Of a stretch of DNA of 64,000 nucleotides, positions 35,379-48,649 are shown piece after piece. Both the position numbers and the translations under genes were made by a program. The stretch's first letter is position 1. Every line of letters starts with the position of its first letter. The notes beneath the pieces are model-generated. The model searched no databases. It was not told the origin of the DNA and worked only from the letters and a program-made list of their open reading frames with translations. Origin of the DNA: Octopus vulgaris (taxonomy: Eukaryota); assembly GCA_951406725.2 (NCBI GenBank), contig OX597833.1, forward strand, positions 53,568,001-53,632,000, written 5' to 3'.

Positions 35379-35560
35379 ATGGTGAAAGGCTTTTTTTCGG
35401 ATTACAGTTCAGAGAAGTCCATAAACATTTGTAAAATTCCAGATTCCATTGAATGGGAAAAGGAGCTTCTTGAAGGAAACATAATCCAGAATATGGTGAC
35501 AGAAGCAATTGCAGATGTTTCACTGATATCCGATATCAGCAGATCTTTTCTATTTGAAAT
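35379..35560 (-). other. Candidate non-coding 5' UTR exon of the AFF gene
   Basis: Minus-strand acceptor TTTTCTTCTTCTTCTTTTGCAG ending at 35561 and donor GTAAGT starting at 35378. Confidence 0.5.
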
Positions 35561-35656
35561 CTGCAAAAGAAGAAGAAGAAAATAAAATAAGATGTGGGGA
35601 AAACAAATTAAGGATCAAATAAAATATTTTGAAGAATCAACAAACAAATTGTTTAA

Positions 35657-35878
35657 CCCTTTAGCATTTAAACCGGCCATATCCGGCCAAAAGTATTCTG
35701 CCCGTTTTATGTTCAAACTGACCAGATCTGGTCTCTCACACCAACCCTACAATATCGTTCTAGAAATTAACAGCTACCTCATTAAAATCTCATAGCTATA
35801 AGATAATGCATGATTAGTTCAAAACAATGTGGATAAAAAAAGCATTAATTTTGGCAGAATAATGCGAACACTAAAGGG
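35657..35878. mobile_element. piggyBac-like MITE (family 1), intact
   Basis: TTAA TSD and CCCTTTAG/CTAAAGGG TIRs. Confidence 0.9.
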
Positions 35879-35914
35879 TTAAAGAAAACATCAATAGTAT
35901 TTGTCAAAAGAGAA

Positions 35915-36278
35915 TCTCTCTATATATAAACGGCAAAATGTCTGTGTGCGTGTCCTTTATACAAATCCACAATTTTTCAGTTAGAGGGCTCGCACTTTCT
36001 ATGGTCGTTCAAAACCGTCCAAGGGCGGTCGTGCACATCTTTACACTTCCCCAGTCACTCCGCAAAGCCATTAAAAGATCAATAGAAGTGACTTTTTTGT
36101 GAATTTTCTATCCAAAACCCAATCAACATGCCCGAAACATGATACGCCAATTGAATGCCAGCTAGCTGTATGTGATTGGTCAGAGATTTGGACAGTACTC
36201 GCGTGTATGTGCGGATGCACGCAGATGTATATGCATGCACTAGCACTATGACCCGGCATTGTCGGGTCATAGTGCTAG
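35915..36278 (+). mobile_element. Non-autonomous Helitron (family 2), intact
   Basis: A|TC...ACTAGCACTATGACCC-GGCATTGTC-GGGTCATAGTGCTAG|T. Confidence 0.85.
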
Positions 36279-36389
36279 TTATTATAATATATGAAAGTAA
36301 TTGCTTATTTCAAGCTCTCTTTTTTCAAAGGATTTTCTGCTCTGTATAAAAAGGTTGTCTGTGTGATTATCTTTAATCTTTTATTTAAG

Positions 36390-36983
36390 CCATTAGGCTA
36401 CAGGCATGCTGGGGTATCCCCTTGAAGAATTTTTAGTCGAATGAATTGACCCCAGTATCTTTTTGTTTAATTTTAATTTTTGTTTTTTTAAGTCTGGTAC
36501 TCATTCTATTAGCCTCTTCTGCCAAACTGCTAAGTTACAGGGGTGCAAACAAACTGACACCTGTTGCCAAGCAGTAGTGTGGGACAAACATAGATAGACA
36601 GATATATATATATATATATACTCTTATTTACTTGTTTCAGTCATGTGACTGTGGTCATGCTGGAGCACCGCCTTTAGTCGAGCAAATCGACCCCAGGACT
36701 TATTCTATTGGTCTCTTTTGCCGAACTGCTAAGTTACGGGGACATAAACACACCAGCATTGGTTGTCAAGCGATGTTGGGGGGGGGGGGGAAAGGCAAAC
36801 ACAACACACATATATATACGATGGGCTTCTTTCAGTTTCCATCTACCAAATCTACTCACAAGGCTTTGGTCGGCCCGAGGCTATAGTAGAAGACACTTGC
36901 CCAAGGTGCCACGCAGTGGGACTGAACCTGGAACCACGTGGTTCGTAAGCAAGCTACTTACCACACAGCCACTCCTACGCCTA
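36390..36983 (-). mobile_element. Old SINE A 3' half plus full-length SINE A (36621-36983)
   Basis: Reverse family A homology. Confidence 0.85.
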
Positions 36984-37705
36984 TATATACATATATATAT
37001 ATATATATATACATATATAAAATCAAAAGATGCAACAAGGATATCCAAGGGAGGTTTGGCTGATATTTTTAACAGGCTGAATAGTGGATCCCAATGAATT
37101 GTCACCAGCACTTTACTATTGTCCAAGTAGACAACACATAGAAGCTAAACTGTGCTGAAGATGGAGAGAAAGAGGATTCTACACTTTGTTTGCATGCTTT
37201 CTGTCAACCACTATGTGACTAATGAGACACACACCCTATGCATTGCTATTAATTTTTTAAATATATTGAGAATTTAGAAAGATTTACTAAAACAACTCTT
37301 TTCATTTCATAAGTGGATGATTTGAACATAACAAAAGGCCCTTACATAAAATTACTATGACCGAAGTTTTAATTTTAAAATGAACACTTTAATACAAGAG
37401 GATGTGTTTCACAGAATCAGAGGTCAGCTGGGAACAAAAGGGCTAACTTATTACATGACCCAGTTTTTTTTATCCTTCAAAGGTCAATAACAAAAGCATA
37501 GGACATGTAGTTTAATTCAGCATATGTGTTCTTAGAAGCATGTGGATTTATGCTAAGGTATGTAACTGTTTTGAGTTCAAATCACATGGGACAAAGTCTG
37601 GGATGGATTCAATCAACTATTTATTTACTGCCTTTCCAAGTTAAAAGAAATCACACATGTGCAACTGGGTATGTATGAACACACTCAATTGTGAATTTAT
37701 GTACC

Positions 37706-38087
37706 TATTTCTTTATTACCCACAAGGGGCTAAACACAGAGTGGACAAACAGATTAAGTCGATAATATCGACCCCAGTGCGTAACTGGTACTATCGACCC
37801 CGAAAGGATGAAAGGCAAAGTCGACCTCGGCGGAATTTGAACTCAGAACGTAAGGCAGACGAAATACCTATTTCTTTACTACCCACAAGGGGCTAAACAC
37901 AGAGAGGACAAACAGATTAAGTCGATAACATCGACCCCAGTGCGTAATGGGTACTTATTTAATCGACCCCGAAAGGATGAAAGGCAAAGTCGACCTCGGC
38001 GGAATTTGAACTCAGAACATACCGGCAGACGAAATACCGCTAAGCATTTCGCCCGGCGTGCTAACGTTTCTGCCAGCTCGCCGCCTT
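37706..38087 (-). mobile_element. SINE family B dimer with 18-bp TSD
   Basis: ATTGTGAATTTATGTACC at 37688-37705 and 38088-38105. Confidence 0.9.
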
Positions 38088-39321
38088 ATTGTGAATTTAT
38101 GTACCATCATCATCACCATCGTTTCACATCCGTTTTCCATGCTGGCATGGAACAACTTGCACAAATGATTTGTTTATAGCGATCAGGTGTATGGACTGGT
38201 TCATTAATTCCCTCCCCCCATCAAATCGACATTAACTGAACAGGTGCACAAGTGTGTTGCTACATGTCAGGTGTTGAAATGATTACAGTGCAACATGAAC
38301 TGAAGTGATTTGCTCAAGAACACAACACAACAAGTTCACTTGGTCCAGGAATTGAACTCAAGATCAAGTGATTGTGAGTACAACACCCTAACCACCAGGC
38401 CACGCATGCATATAATATATCGGTATTTATCAATCGCAAAGGGATTTGAAGATGGATTTTAGAAAGCACAACGAAATTAAACACAGTCAAATAGTTAAGT
38501 CTAGTGCTTTGCCATTACTGCCAACTAACCGTCCATCACTTGTGTAATGTGTTAATTGTAAAGGAAGGAAATTACCCTAAAATATAGTCTTGTTGGTGAA
38601 GAAAAAAAAGAAAAAAAGTCCCATATATCTGTTAAAGATGGTTGGAAGAAAGTGGCAGGGGGGAGAGGTGGGTTCCTATAAAAGGTTTGTTAAATGAATG
38701 TTATTGAATAGGGTGAGAGCAATTGTGTTGAAGGGAAGAAAATCAATGAAATCTTCAATGCACATATAATGGTTAACCAAATGGAAAGGCCTTTTTTTTT
38801 TTTTTTTTACACGCCACCACACTCCCGCCATTCACCTCCGATTTTCTATGATTGTTACTACTTTTCTTTTGTCTTCTTCTTCTTCCCCCACCCCCTCAAT
38901 TACTGATAAGTAAAAGCAAACACAAAAATACAAATACTCTGTTGTACGCATTCTCTATCTTACACACAAAAGACATTCACACATTTGTAAATGGCAGGCT
39001 TACACAAACTTACACACCCAACAGCCAATACCTATCCATATTCAAGGAATCGGATATTCACACATATCTGACATCATGGAGACTAGCAAGTTTGTACCTA
39101 AATCTCATCAACCATATATATATTTTTTTCTTTTCTATCCAGTCACTTGCAGAATCTATCTCTTCCCATCACCGTAGACTTTTTAGTAAGTGCTCGTCTT
39201 TTAAACAAGAATTCCCAGAACCGATTTCTCCTTTGGCAAAACCTGCACAATGCAAATATCCCATTCTAACTCAAAGACATGAAGACGAGCACATGGATGA
39301 GACTTTCCAAAGAATATATAC

Positions 39322-39711
39322 CTATTTCTTTATTACCCACAAGGGGCTAAACATAGAGGCGACAAACAAGGACAGACAAATGGATTAAGTTGATAACATC
39401 GCCCCCAGTGTGTAACTGGTACTTAATTTATCGACCCCGAAAGGATGAAAGGCAAAGTCGACCTCAGAACGTAACGGCCGACGAAATACCTATTTCTTTA
39501 CTACCCACAAGGGGCTAAACACAGAGGGGACAAACAAACGGATTAAGTCGATTACATCGCCCTCAGTGCATAACTGGTACTTAATTTATTGACCCCGAAA
39601 GGATGAAAGGCAAAGTCGACCTCGGCGGAATTTGAACTCAGAACGTAACGGCAGACGAAATACTGCTAAGCATTTCGCCCGGCGTGCTAACATTTCTGCC
39701 AGCTCGCCGTC
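39322..39711 (-). mobile_element. SINE family B dimer
   Basis: Two reverse B units. Confidence 0.85.
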
Positions 39712-39909
39712 CTTATCCACCTTAACCACAGAACCTTCTTCCCTCTGACCCCTACCACGACAGGTACTACCAGCGATGGGCAGACTGGGCCTGGGTGCAG
39801 TGGCAACTAAGAGTCAACTCCATACTACAGAAGCCTGAAGATAGAGCCTCACCGCCAAATGCAGTTTAATTAATATCTTTGCTAACTGGGACAATTCTAG
39901 CTGGTGGGC

Positions 39910-40402
39910 TTTTGGCCCTATGCCTGTTGGATCAACATCGTCTAGGTTAAATAAAAAAATAACACCACCCTATCTATCTACTATACTCCTAACCACCTCA
40001 AATAGATTCTTCTTTCACCAATGTAGGCCACGGCTATATTTTCAGACAAGGTTATATGATAATAACGATAATCAACCCCAAGACTTATTGTTTGTAAGCC
40101 CAGTACCTATTCTATTGGTCGCTTTTGCCAAACTGCTAAGTTACGGGGATGTAGACACACCAACATAGGTTGTCAAGCAATGGTGTGTTTGTGTGGGGGC
40201 GACAAACACAGACACATATATATATACAATGGGCTTCTTTCAGTTTTTGGCCCTATGTTGGATCAACATTGACTAGGTTAAATAAAAAATAACACCACCC
40301 TATCTATCTATTATACTCCTAACCACCTCAAATAGATTCTTCTTTCACCAATGTAGGCCACGGCTATATTTTCAGACAAGGTTATATGATAATAGCGATA
40401 AT
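39910..40402. repeat. ~160-bp direct repeat enclosing a SINE A fragment
   Basis: 39910-40072 repeated at 40245-40402. Confidence 0.9.
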
Positions 40403-40511
40403 GGTTTTACAATGAATACTTCTGAAATTGCTAAGCTCTAAGAACAAAAAAAAAGGACTACAGCATTCTATTCGTTTTAACCAAGCAACAACATCCAACA
40501 CAGTAGAGTCA

Positions 40512-40895
40512 TTTACACTTTACTCTCTTTTATTCTTTGACTGCGGCCATGCTGGAGCACCGCCTTTAATTGAGCAACTCGACCCCGGGACTTATTCTTT
40601 TGTAAGCCCAGTACTTATTCTATCGGTCTCTTTTGCCGAACCGCTAAGTAATGGGGACATAAACACACCAGCATCGGTTGTCAAGCAATGCTAGGGGGAC
40701 AAACACAGACACACAAATGTATATATATATACGATGGGCTTCTTTCAGTTTCCGTCTACCAAATCCACTCACAAGGCTTTGGTCGGCCCGAGGCTATAGT
40801 AGAAGACACTTGCCCAAGGTGCCACGCAGTGGGACTGTACCCGGAACAATGTGGTTGGTAAACAAGCTACTTACCACACAGCCACTTCTGCACCC
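40512..40895 (-). mobile_element. SINE family A
   Basis: Reverse full-length copy. Confidence 0.9.
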
Positions 40896-41584
40896 ATTAA
40901 CCCATTTTCCGTAAAAAACATTTTCTAAATAGTAACTCAAGAATTAAAACGCCAACATTTACAAACCAGAAACAGTATTCATTACTAAGTTACACTAATT
41001 TGGGACCTAATTTTTATATTTTAGTTTATTTACCATAACCGTTCAAATATTGAACAAGACTGGAGCCACTTCCAGCCAAGGACTTTTGACTACTGAAATA
41101 TGGTAAGCTGAATATTGTAAACAAGGTAGATTATTTAATTGGAAACACTGCTCGTTATGGTAGTTGTAGACTAACCTGACCTAGTTTGTTAATGTTACTA
41201 ACAGCATACAAGTGTTGATGAAAAAAAAAACCCAAAAAAAAAAAAAAAAAAAAAAAAGAAACAAGCATGAGGCAAAGGACTAGAATCAGTAAGGCACATT
41301 GATTACTTAAATGCAAGTCCAGCTGAATATTGGAAACAAAAGAAAACTTCAATATTGATCTCTTAAAAATAAATAGCGTACGTTAAAAGGAAAGAAACAC
41401 TCTTTTTATAAATAATGCACAAGTGAGGGTATTAATAGAAGATTCGACATACTTAAGTGGACCGAAATGGAAATGGATATAAATTTGGGGTGCATTGATG
41501 GCAACGGTAATAGGGCTGCGATTGTAAGAGGAAAGGAGGGGTGGGTAAGACAAAAAAAAAAAAGCAGACTATTTTCCTCAATTG

Positions 41585-41970
41585 TCTGGCACCTGTGTCG
41601 GTGGCACATAAGAAAACACCATATCCGGGCGTGGCCGTCTGCCAGCCTCGTCTGGCACCTGTGTCGGTGGCACATAAAAAGCACCATCCGAGCGTGGCCA
41701 TCTGCCAGCCTCGTCTGGCACCTGTGTCGGTGGCACATAAAAAACACCATCCGAGCGTGGCCATCTGCCAGCCTTGACTGGCACCTGTGTCGGTGGCACA
41801 TAAAATCACCCACTACACTCTCGGAGTGGTTGGCGTTAGGAAGGGCATCCAGCTGTAGAAACTCTGCCAGATCTGACTGGCTTGGTGCAGCCTTCGGGCT
41901 TGCCAGACCCCAGTTGAACTGTCCAACCCATGCTAGCATGGAAAGCGGACGTTAAACGATGATGATGATG
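41585..41970 (+). mobile_element. RTE family 1 tail with three and a half ~62-bp repeat units
   Basis: TCTGGCACCTGTGTCGGTGGCACATAA... units, then AGGAAGGGCATCCAGC and (GAT)n. Confidence 0.85.
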
Positions 41971-41974
41971 TTAA

Positions 41975-42161
41975 TGATTATTTTATTCATTGTTTTGAAT
42001 AACCATGTGTGTTATCTTGTAGCTTTGAGATTTCGATGACTGATCATTTATTAATCAGAATGACATTGCACGGTAGGTGTGGGAGACAAGATCTGGCAAG
42101 TTTGGACACAAACACAGATGGAACATTAGGCCAGGACGTGGCCAGTTTAAATGTTAAAGGG
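41975..42161. mobile_element. piggyBac-like MITE family 1, partial, reverse orientation
   Basis: Reverse complement of the 5193/35657 interior. Confidence 0.65.
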
Positions 42162-42261
42162 TTATTAAACTTCAGCCAAATATCTACAGTCCAACGTGTT
42201 CTGTTCGATAGCACGACACACACACAGAAAACAGCCCTGATCCAGAGCATGGGAATCAATT

Positions 42262-42944
42262 CTTTTATTCTTCCATTTGTTTCAGTCATTTGGCTATGGC
42301 CATGCTGGAGCACTGCCTTTCGTCGAACAAATCAACCCCAAGACTTATTCTTTGTAAGCCCAGTACCTATTCTATCAGTCTCTTTTGCCAAACTGCTAAG
42401 TTACGGGGACATAGAAACACCAACATTAGTGGTCAAGCAATAGTGTGGGGGGACGACAACAAACAGTCACACACACACATATATATATATATATATACAA
42501 TAGGCTTCTTTCAGTTCCCAGCTGCCAAATTCACCCACAAGGCTTTGGTCAGCTCAAGGCTCAACATTAGTGGTCAAGCAATAGTGTGGGGGGGACGACA
42601 ACAAACAGTCACACACACACACATATATATATATATATACAATAGGCTTCTTTCAGTTCCCAGCTGCCAAATTCACCCACAAGGCTTTGGTCAGCTCAAG
42701 GCTCAACATTAGTGGTCAAGCAATAGTGTGGGGGGACGACAACAAACAGTCACACACACACATATATATATATATATATACAATAGGCTTCTTTCAGTTC
42801 CCAGCTGCCAAATTCACCCACAAGGCTTTGGTCAGCTCAAGGCTATAGTAGAAAACACTTGCCCAAAGTGCAATGCAGTGGGACTGAACCCAGAACCATG
42901 TGGTTGGGAAGCAAATTACTTACTACACAGCCACTCCTCTGCCT
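42262..42944 (-). mobile_element. SINE A with internal ~142-bp triplication
   Basis: CAACATTAGTGGTCAAGC unit starts at 42421, 42562 and 42704. Confidence 0.9.
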
Positions 42945-43002
42945 CTGTGTGTGTGTATGTGTATATATATATATATGTATACATACACATGTATGTATAT
43001 AT

Positions 43003-43184
43003 ATTTTACTTGTTTCAGTCATTAGACTGTGGCCATGCTGGGGCACTGCCTTGAAGAATATTTAGCTGAATGAATCGACTCCAGTACTTACATTTCTTTA
43101 AAGCCTGGTACTTATTCTATTGGTCTCTTTTGCCAGACTGCTAAGTTACAGGGACAATCAGAGACACACATACAGTTCTCTTTC

Positions 43185-43230
<46 letters not shown>

Positions 43231-43393
43231 CATATACACACAATGGACATCTTTCAGTTTCCGTTGACCAAATACACTCATAAAGTTTTGGTTGTCCCGA
43301 GACTATAGTAGAAGACACTTGTCCAATGTGTCACGCAGTGGGACTGAACCCAGAACTATGTGGTTGAGAAGCAAACTTCTTATCACACAGCCA
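43003..43393 (-). mobile_element. SINE family A, older variant
   Basis: Reverse homology, diverged. Confidence 0.8.
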
Positions 43394-43749
43394 CACAAGA
43401 CACATATGCATACCACAGTGTACACCATAATTAGTCTCAATAAGGTAGTTTTCACAAAAAAAAAAAAATGCTCAACAAATGTCTAAATAAATTATTAAAT
43501 TGCTTGTGGTTTTGACATGAAAGAGTCAACTTTTGATATGGGACATGGAAAAATACACAGACACACAAACATATACTCATAAACATAGACAAACATAACA
43601 GTGTAGATATTTACAGATTATCTGTGGAAAATGTTTAGACTACCATAAAAAAAAATAAAAAGGAGAAAAACACATTTCATGAATTACTTCTGGTTTTTTT
43701 TTTTTTTTTTATCTATTTTAGACTTTCATTTATATATATGAACAGATAT

Positions 43750-43956
43750 ACTCTTTTACTTGTTTCAGTCATTTGACTGCGGCCATGCTGGAGCACCGCC
43801 TTTAGTCGAGCAAATTGACCCTGGGACTTATTCTTTGTAAGCCCAGTACTTATTCTATCGGTCTCTTTTTGCCGAACCGCTAAGTGACGGGGACGTAAAC
43901 ACACCAGCATCGGTTGTCAACCAAGGCTAGGGGGACAAACACAGACACAAAAATAG

Positions 43957-43991
<35 letters not shown>

Positions 43992-44155
43992 CGACAGGCT
44001 TCTTTCAGTTTCCGTCTACCAAATCCACTCACAAGGCATTGGTCGGCCCGGGGCTATAGCAGAAGACACTTGCCCAAGATGCCACGCAGTGGGACTGAAC
44101 CCGGAGACATGTGATTGGTTAGCAAGCTACTTACCACACAGCCACTCCCGCGCCT
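43750..44155 (-). mobile_element. SINE family A
   Basis: Reverse full-length copy. Confidence 0.9.
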
Positions 44156-44789
44156 GTTCATTAACTTAGAAATATCTTCCCCCGAAAAGTGGTTCAGTAA
44201 GAGGAGGACAAAACTGTTTTGCGTCTTTGTATTGCAGCATATATATACGCTAAAAACTGCAGCAAGAACGTAATACAAAAACAAAAAAAAAGAAAGAAAA
44301 AAAAAGTTGTAAATAATGCATAATTTTTAGAAGAAAAAAAAACTAAAAAAAAAAAAAACAAGGTTGGTCCACGAACGCATAATAATTCTACATTTGCAAG
44401 AAATGATGAAGGAAAAAAAAATCAAAAAAAAAAATTCCCTCCTCAAACAATAAAAAAAAAATACGACAAACAAAACAGAAGAGAAATTGTATTCGAGACA
44501 AGAAGCGAAAGAAGAAGAAGAAAAAAAAAAAAATGGTTCCAAACTATTTGTAACAGATTACAACTTGAGGAATTTCTACAGTAAAGACATATTTAGTATC
44601 GGTAAAAAAAAAGTTATGTTGTTAAAAAACATGATCTAACTAGTGTTGCTATAGCATGCATACTGGCTACAGCTTGTCGTGATTGGAAGCTATTTAGAGA
44701 ATTTCTTTCTGCTCTTGCAGGAGACAAAGGGGTTACACATCCTCCTGCCCTCTTGTAATCTCGAAAAAGATGGTTTTTTTAATGATAAA

Positions 44790-45088
44790 AATACTCTTTT
44801 TTTTTTTTTTTTACTCTTTTACTTGTTTCAGTCATTTGACTGCGGCCATACTGGAGCAACTCGACCCCAGGACTTATTCTTTTTGTAAGCCCAATACTTA
44901 TTCTATCGGTCTCTTTTTGCCGAACCGCTAAGTAACGGGGACATAAACACACCATGAGTGTAGTGGGTGCTCTTTACGTGCCACCTGCACAGGTGCCAGG
45001 CGAGGCTGGCAATGGCCACGATCGGAAGCCAGTCAAGGCGGCGCTGGCATTGGCCACGATTCAGATGGTGCTTTTTACGTGCCACCGA
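44790..45088 (-). mobile_element. SINE A 3' half joined to an RTE tail fragment
   Basis: Switch at ...AAACACACCA|TGAGTGTAGTGGG near 44954. Confidence 0.75.
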
Positions 45089-45289
45089 AGATGACAAAGA
45101 AACTCGAAGAGAGTAAGAAGTTTATGAAGAAATGTTAAAGAGCAGGATGGAATTCACTGTGGTATTTTGTCCAGGGCCGCTGCACTTTGGCTTCAAATGC
45201 CACAAGGTCAAACAAAAGTACCAATGCTGAGCAATAGATTGGCAGAACTGTCAGTGCATTGGATAAGCCACAGTTGAACCAATTCTACT

Positions 45290-45693
45290 ATACGGCTCAG
45301 AGACCTGGACGTTATCAAAGAAGCTTGAGAGGCGGTTGGATAGAACTTACACTCGCCTCCTTACGAGGGCTCAAAATCTCTCGTGGAAGCGTCATCCAAC
45401 CAAAGTACAAATATATGGGAAACTACCACCTGTATCATCTCTTGTGAAAGGTAGAAGAGTCCAGTTTGCTGGACATTGTTGTAGAGCTGAAAACGAGGTA
45501 ATTTCTACTCTTCTCCTCTGGAAGCCATCTGCTTGCAATACCAGAGGGTGCACACTCTCCTACCCTGATGTAATCTCCAGGGATACAGGCATCCAGCAAC
45601 AGGACCTCCGTAATGCTATGATGGACCGTGAAGTCTGGCGTAGCATGGTAAATTCCATTGTCTCAACCACGGTCAAACAATGATGATGATGAT
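45290..45693 (+). mobile_element. RTE-like LINE 3' end (family 2)
   Basis: YTRLL..AQNLSWKRHPT...RRVQFAGHC...AMMDREVWR, (TGA)n tail. Confidence 0.85.
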
Positions 45694-46214
45694 GCATTGG
45701 ATAAGATGTCCTGCGATAACTGTTTTGATGGTGGTGACCGTTCTGACACTGACACCCATCTGTAGCGTCAGCCTTACTTTTTTTCCATTGGAAAACATTG
45801 ACAGTAGAGAGAGAAGGGAGACTAGTATTGATTCCTCCTGACCCATGCTAGCGTGAAAATGGGCCTTACAGTGAATGCTGTAGGTTATCACTGATAGTTT
45901 ATTTTACTGACTCTGGTAAACTGAAAAGGTTAAGGTGACCTAGAGCCATAAACTAGCAAAAATGCTTGTTTCCCTCGACTTAAATTCATCTGAATAAAGT
46001 ATGAGTAACTGCCTCGCTTTGTCCACCCTAAAATAAAAGACAACAATCTGAGACCTAGTGCCTATTCAAGAAATCAGGTAATGCTATAAACTGTACACAC
46101 AATCTTTTCCCTTCTACTATCAGAAATAGCTTTCCTATGACATATGTTATATATGGTTGAATACAGCTTGCCTTTGTTACTGTATTACATGTGTGCGCGT
46201 ATGTATATATAAAG

Positions 46215-46442
46215 CAGTGAGCTGGAAGAAATGTCAGCACGCCGGGCGAAATGCTTAGCGGTATTTCGTCTGCCTTTACGTTCTGAGTTCAAATTCCGCC
46301 GAGGTCGACTTTGCCTGTCATCCTTTCAGTACCAGTAAATAAAGTACCAGTTTCGCACTGGGCTCCATGTAATCGACTTAATCCCTTTGTCTGTCCTTGT
46401 TTGTCCCCCTCTATGTCTAGCCCCTTGTGAGTAGTAAAGCAA
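46215..46442 (+). mobile_element. SINE family B monomer
   Basis: B homology. Confidence 0.85.
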
Positions 46443-46508
46443 TATATATATATATATATTTCAAAATAGAAAATTACCCTTTAACAGGCAATTTTTACAT
46501 GTATCTTA

Positions 46509-46551
<43 letters not shown>

Positions 46552-47363
46552 CGGTTGTAAATTGCGAATAAGCCACCTTTATCATTATTTATATATGTAT
46601 ATATATATATGTTTGTGTGTCCATATAAATGTAGGTGAATGTCTTTGGCTTGGCATCAACAGAAAGTAGTGGAACAGAGTTAATTTGCTTGCTTTAATAA
46701 GAATAAACATACTCTTTAGTAACTTTTCAGACATTAGACACAGGAACAAAATACAAAATAAAAGCGAACACACACACACTCACACACAACAAGAGACACG
46801 AAACAAAGGAAGTGTAAAAGATGAAAGCAGTAAAAACAGTGAAAGACCTTGTCCTGTTCGTATGGCAAATGATGCATAGACGAGAAATACATTGAGCTTA
46901 GGCATTCTTTTATTTGGCATTTACAGTTAGGAGATGCGTCTTTCCTTTTTTTTGTTTTTTCTCTCTCTCTCTCTCTCTCTCTCTCGCTTGCTGGCTTACA
47001 ACACATAAATTCCATAGCAATTAACATCGAATTCACTTCTTTACCCCCTCGTAATAATAATAACAACGATAATACTAATAACGATAATGTTGCCACCACC
47101 TCCAGAAAGCTATTTTAGTGTTCGTAACAGTGATGTGTGTTACAGGAGAATATATCTCTCTCTGAGTGCAGGTTTATGTTTATTGCAGATGGGAAGGAAG
47201 GAGAGAGAGAAGGAAGGAGAGTATGTGCGAAGGTGTATGTAATATTCTCACAGTTGGACTGGTGTCATAATTCAAAGAATATATTGTTAGGATGAAGTAA
47301 ATTGAAAAGATATTACGGAAGAGCACATTCCATTACGCAAGTATATTCGAATATTATGGATCA

Positions 47364-48218
47364 CTTTTACTCTTTTACTTGTTTCAGTCATCTGACTGCG
47401 GCCATGCTGGAGCACCGCCTTTAGTCGAGCAACTCGACCTCGGGACTTATTACGTAAGTATATTCGAATATTATGCATCTCTTTTACTTGTTTCAGTCAT
47501 CTGACTGCGGCCATGCTGGAGCACCGCTTTTTTTTAATCGAGCAACTCGACCCCGGGACTTATTCCTTTTGTAAGCCCAGTACTTATTCTATCGGTCTCC
47601 TTTTGCCGAACTGCTAGGTAACGGGGACATAAACACACCAGCATCGGTTGTCAAGCAATGCTAGGGGGACAAACACAGACACACACATACACATATATAT
47701 ACATATATACGACGGGCTTCTTTCAGTTTCCGTCTACCAAATCCACTCACAAGGCTTTGGTCGGCCCGAGGCTATAGTAGAAGACACTTGCCCAAGGTGC
47801 CACGCAGTGGGACTGAACCCGGAACCATGTGGTTGGTAAACAAGCTACTTACCACACAGCCACTTGTTTCAGTCATTAGACCGAGGCCATGCTGGGGCAC
47901 CACCTCGAAGACTTATTTTTAAAAAATAACCTGCTACTTACTTTATCAGTCTCCGTTTGCTGAATCGCTAAGTTACAGGGACATAAACAAACCAACACTG
48001 GCTGTCAAGCGCCAAGTGGGGGCACAAACACAGACGACGGGCTTCTTTCAGTTTCCGTCTACCAAATCCATTCTGAAGGCTTTGGTCGGCCCGAAGCTAT
48101 AGAAGAAGATACTTGCTCAAGGTGCCATGCAATGGGACTGAACCTGGAACCATGTGGTGTTAGGAAGCAAGCTTCTCACCATATAGCCGTGTCTGTTTCT
48201 CCTCCTCTCTGCGTGTGT

Positions 48219-48278
<60 letters not shown>

Positions 48279-48649
48279 TCTTTACTCTTTTACTTATTTC
48301 AGTCATGTGACTGTGGCCATGCTTGAGCACTGCCTTAGTCCAGCAAATCGACCCCCAGAACTTATTCTTTGTAGGCCTATTACTTATTCTATTGGTCCCT
48401 TTTGCCGAACCGCTAAGTTACGGGGACATAAACACACCAGCATCGGTTGTCAAGCGATGTTGTGGGGACAAACAGACACACACATACATACATACATACG
48501 ACAGGCTTCTTTCAGTTTCCATCAACCAAATCCACTCACAAGGCTTTGGTCGGCCCGAGGCTATAGTAGAAGACACTTGCCCAAGGTGCCACGCAGTGGG
48601 ATTGAACCCGGAACCATGTGGTTGGTAAGCAAGCTACTTACCACACAGC
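47364..48649 (-). mobile_element. Cluster of co-oriented SINE A copies (47364-47449 partial, 47478-47862, 47863-48192, 48278-48649)
   Basis: Reverse family A homology throughout. Confidence 0.85.

Noticed and set aside
38852-39388. 178-aa ORF with a plus-strand acceptor-like site near 39140
   Set aside because: No recognisable homology, runs into a SINE, and no partner exons found; cannot be supported without RNA data
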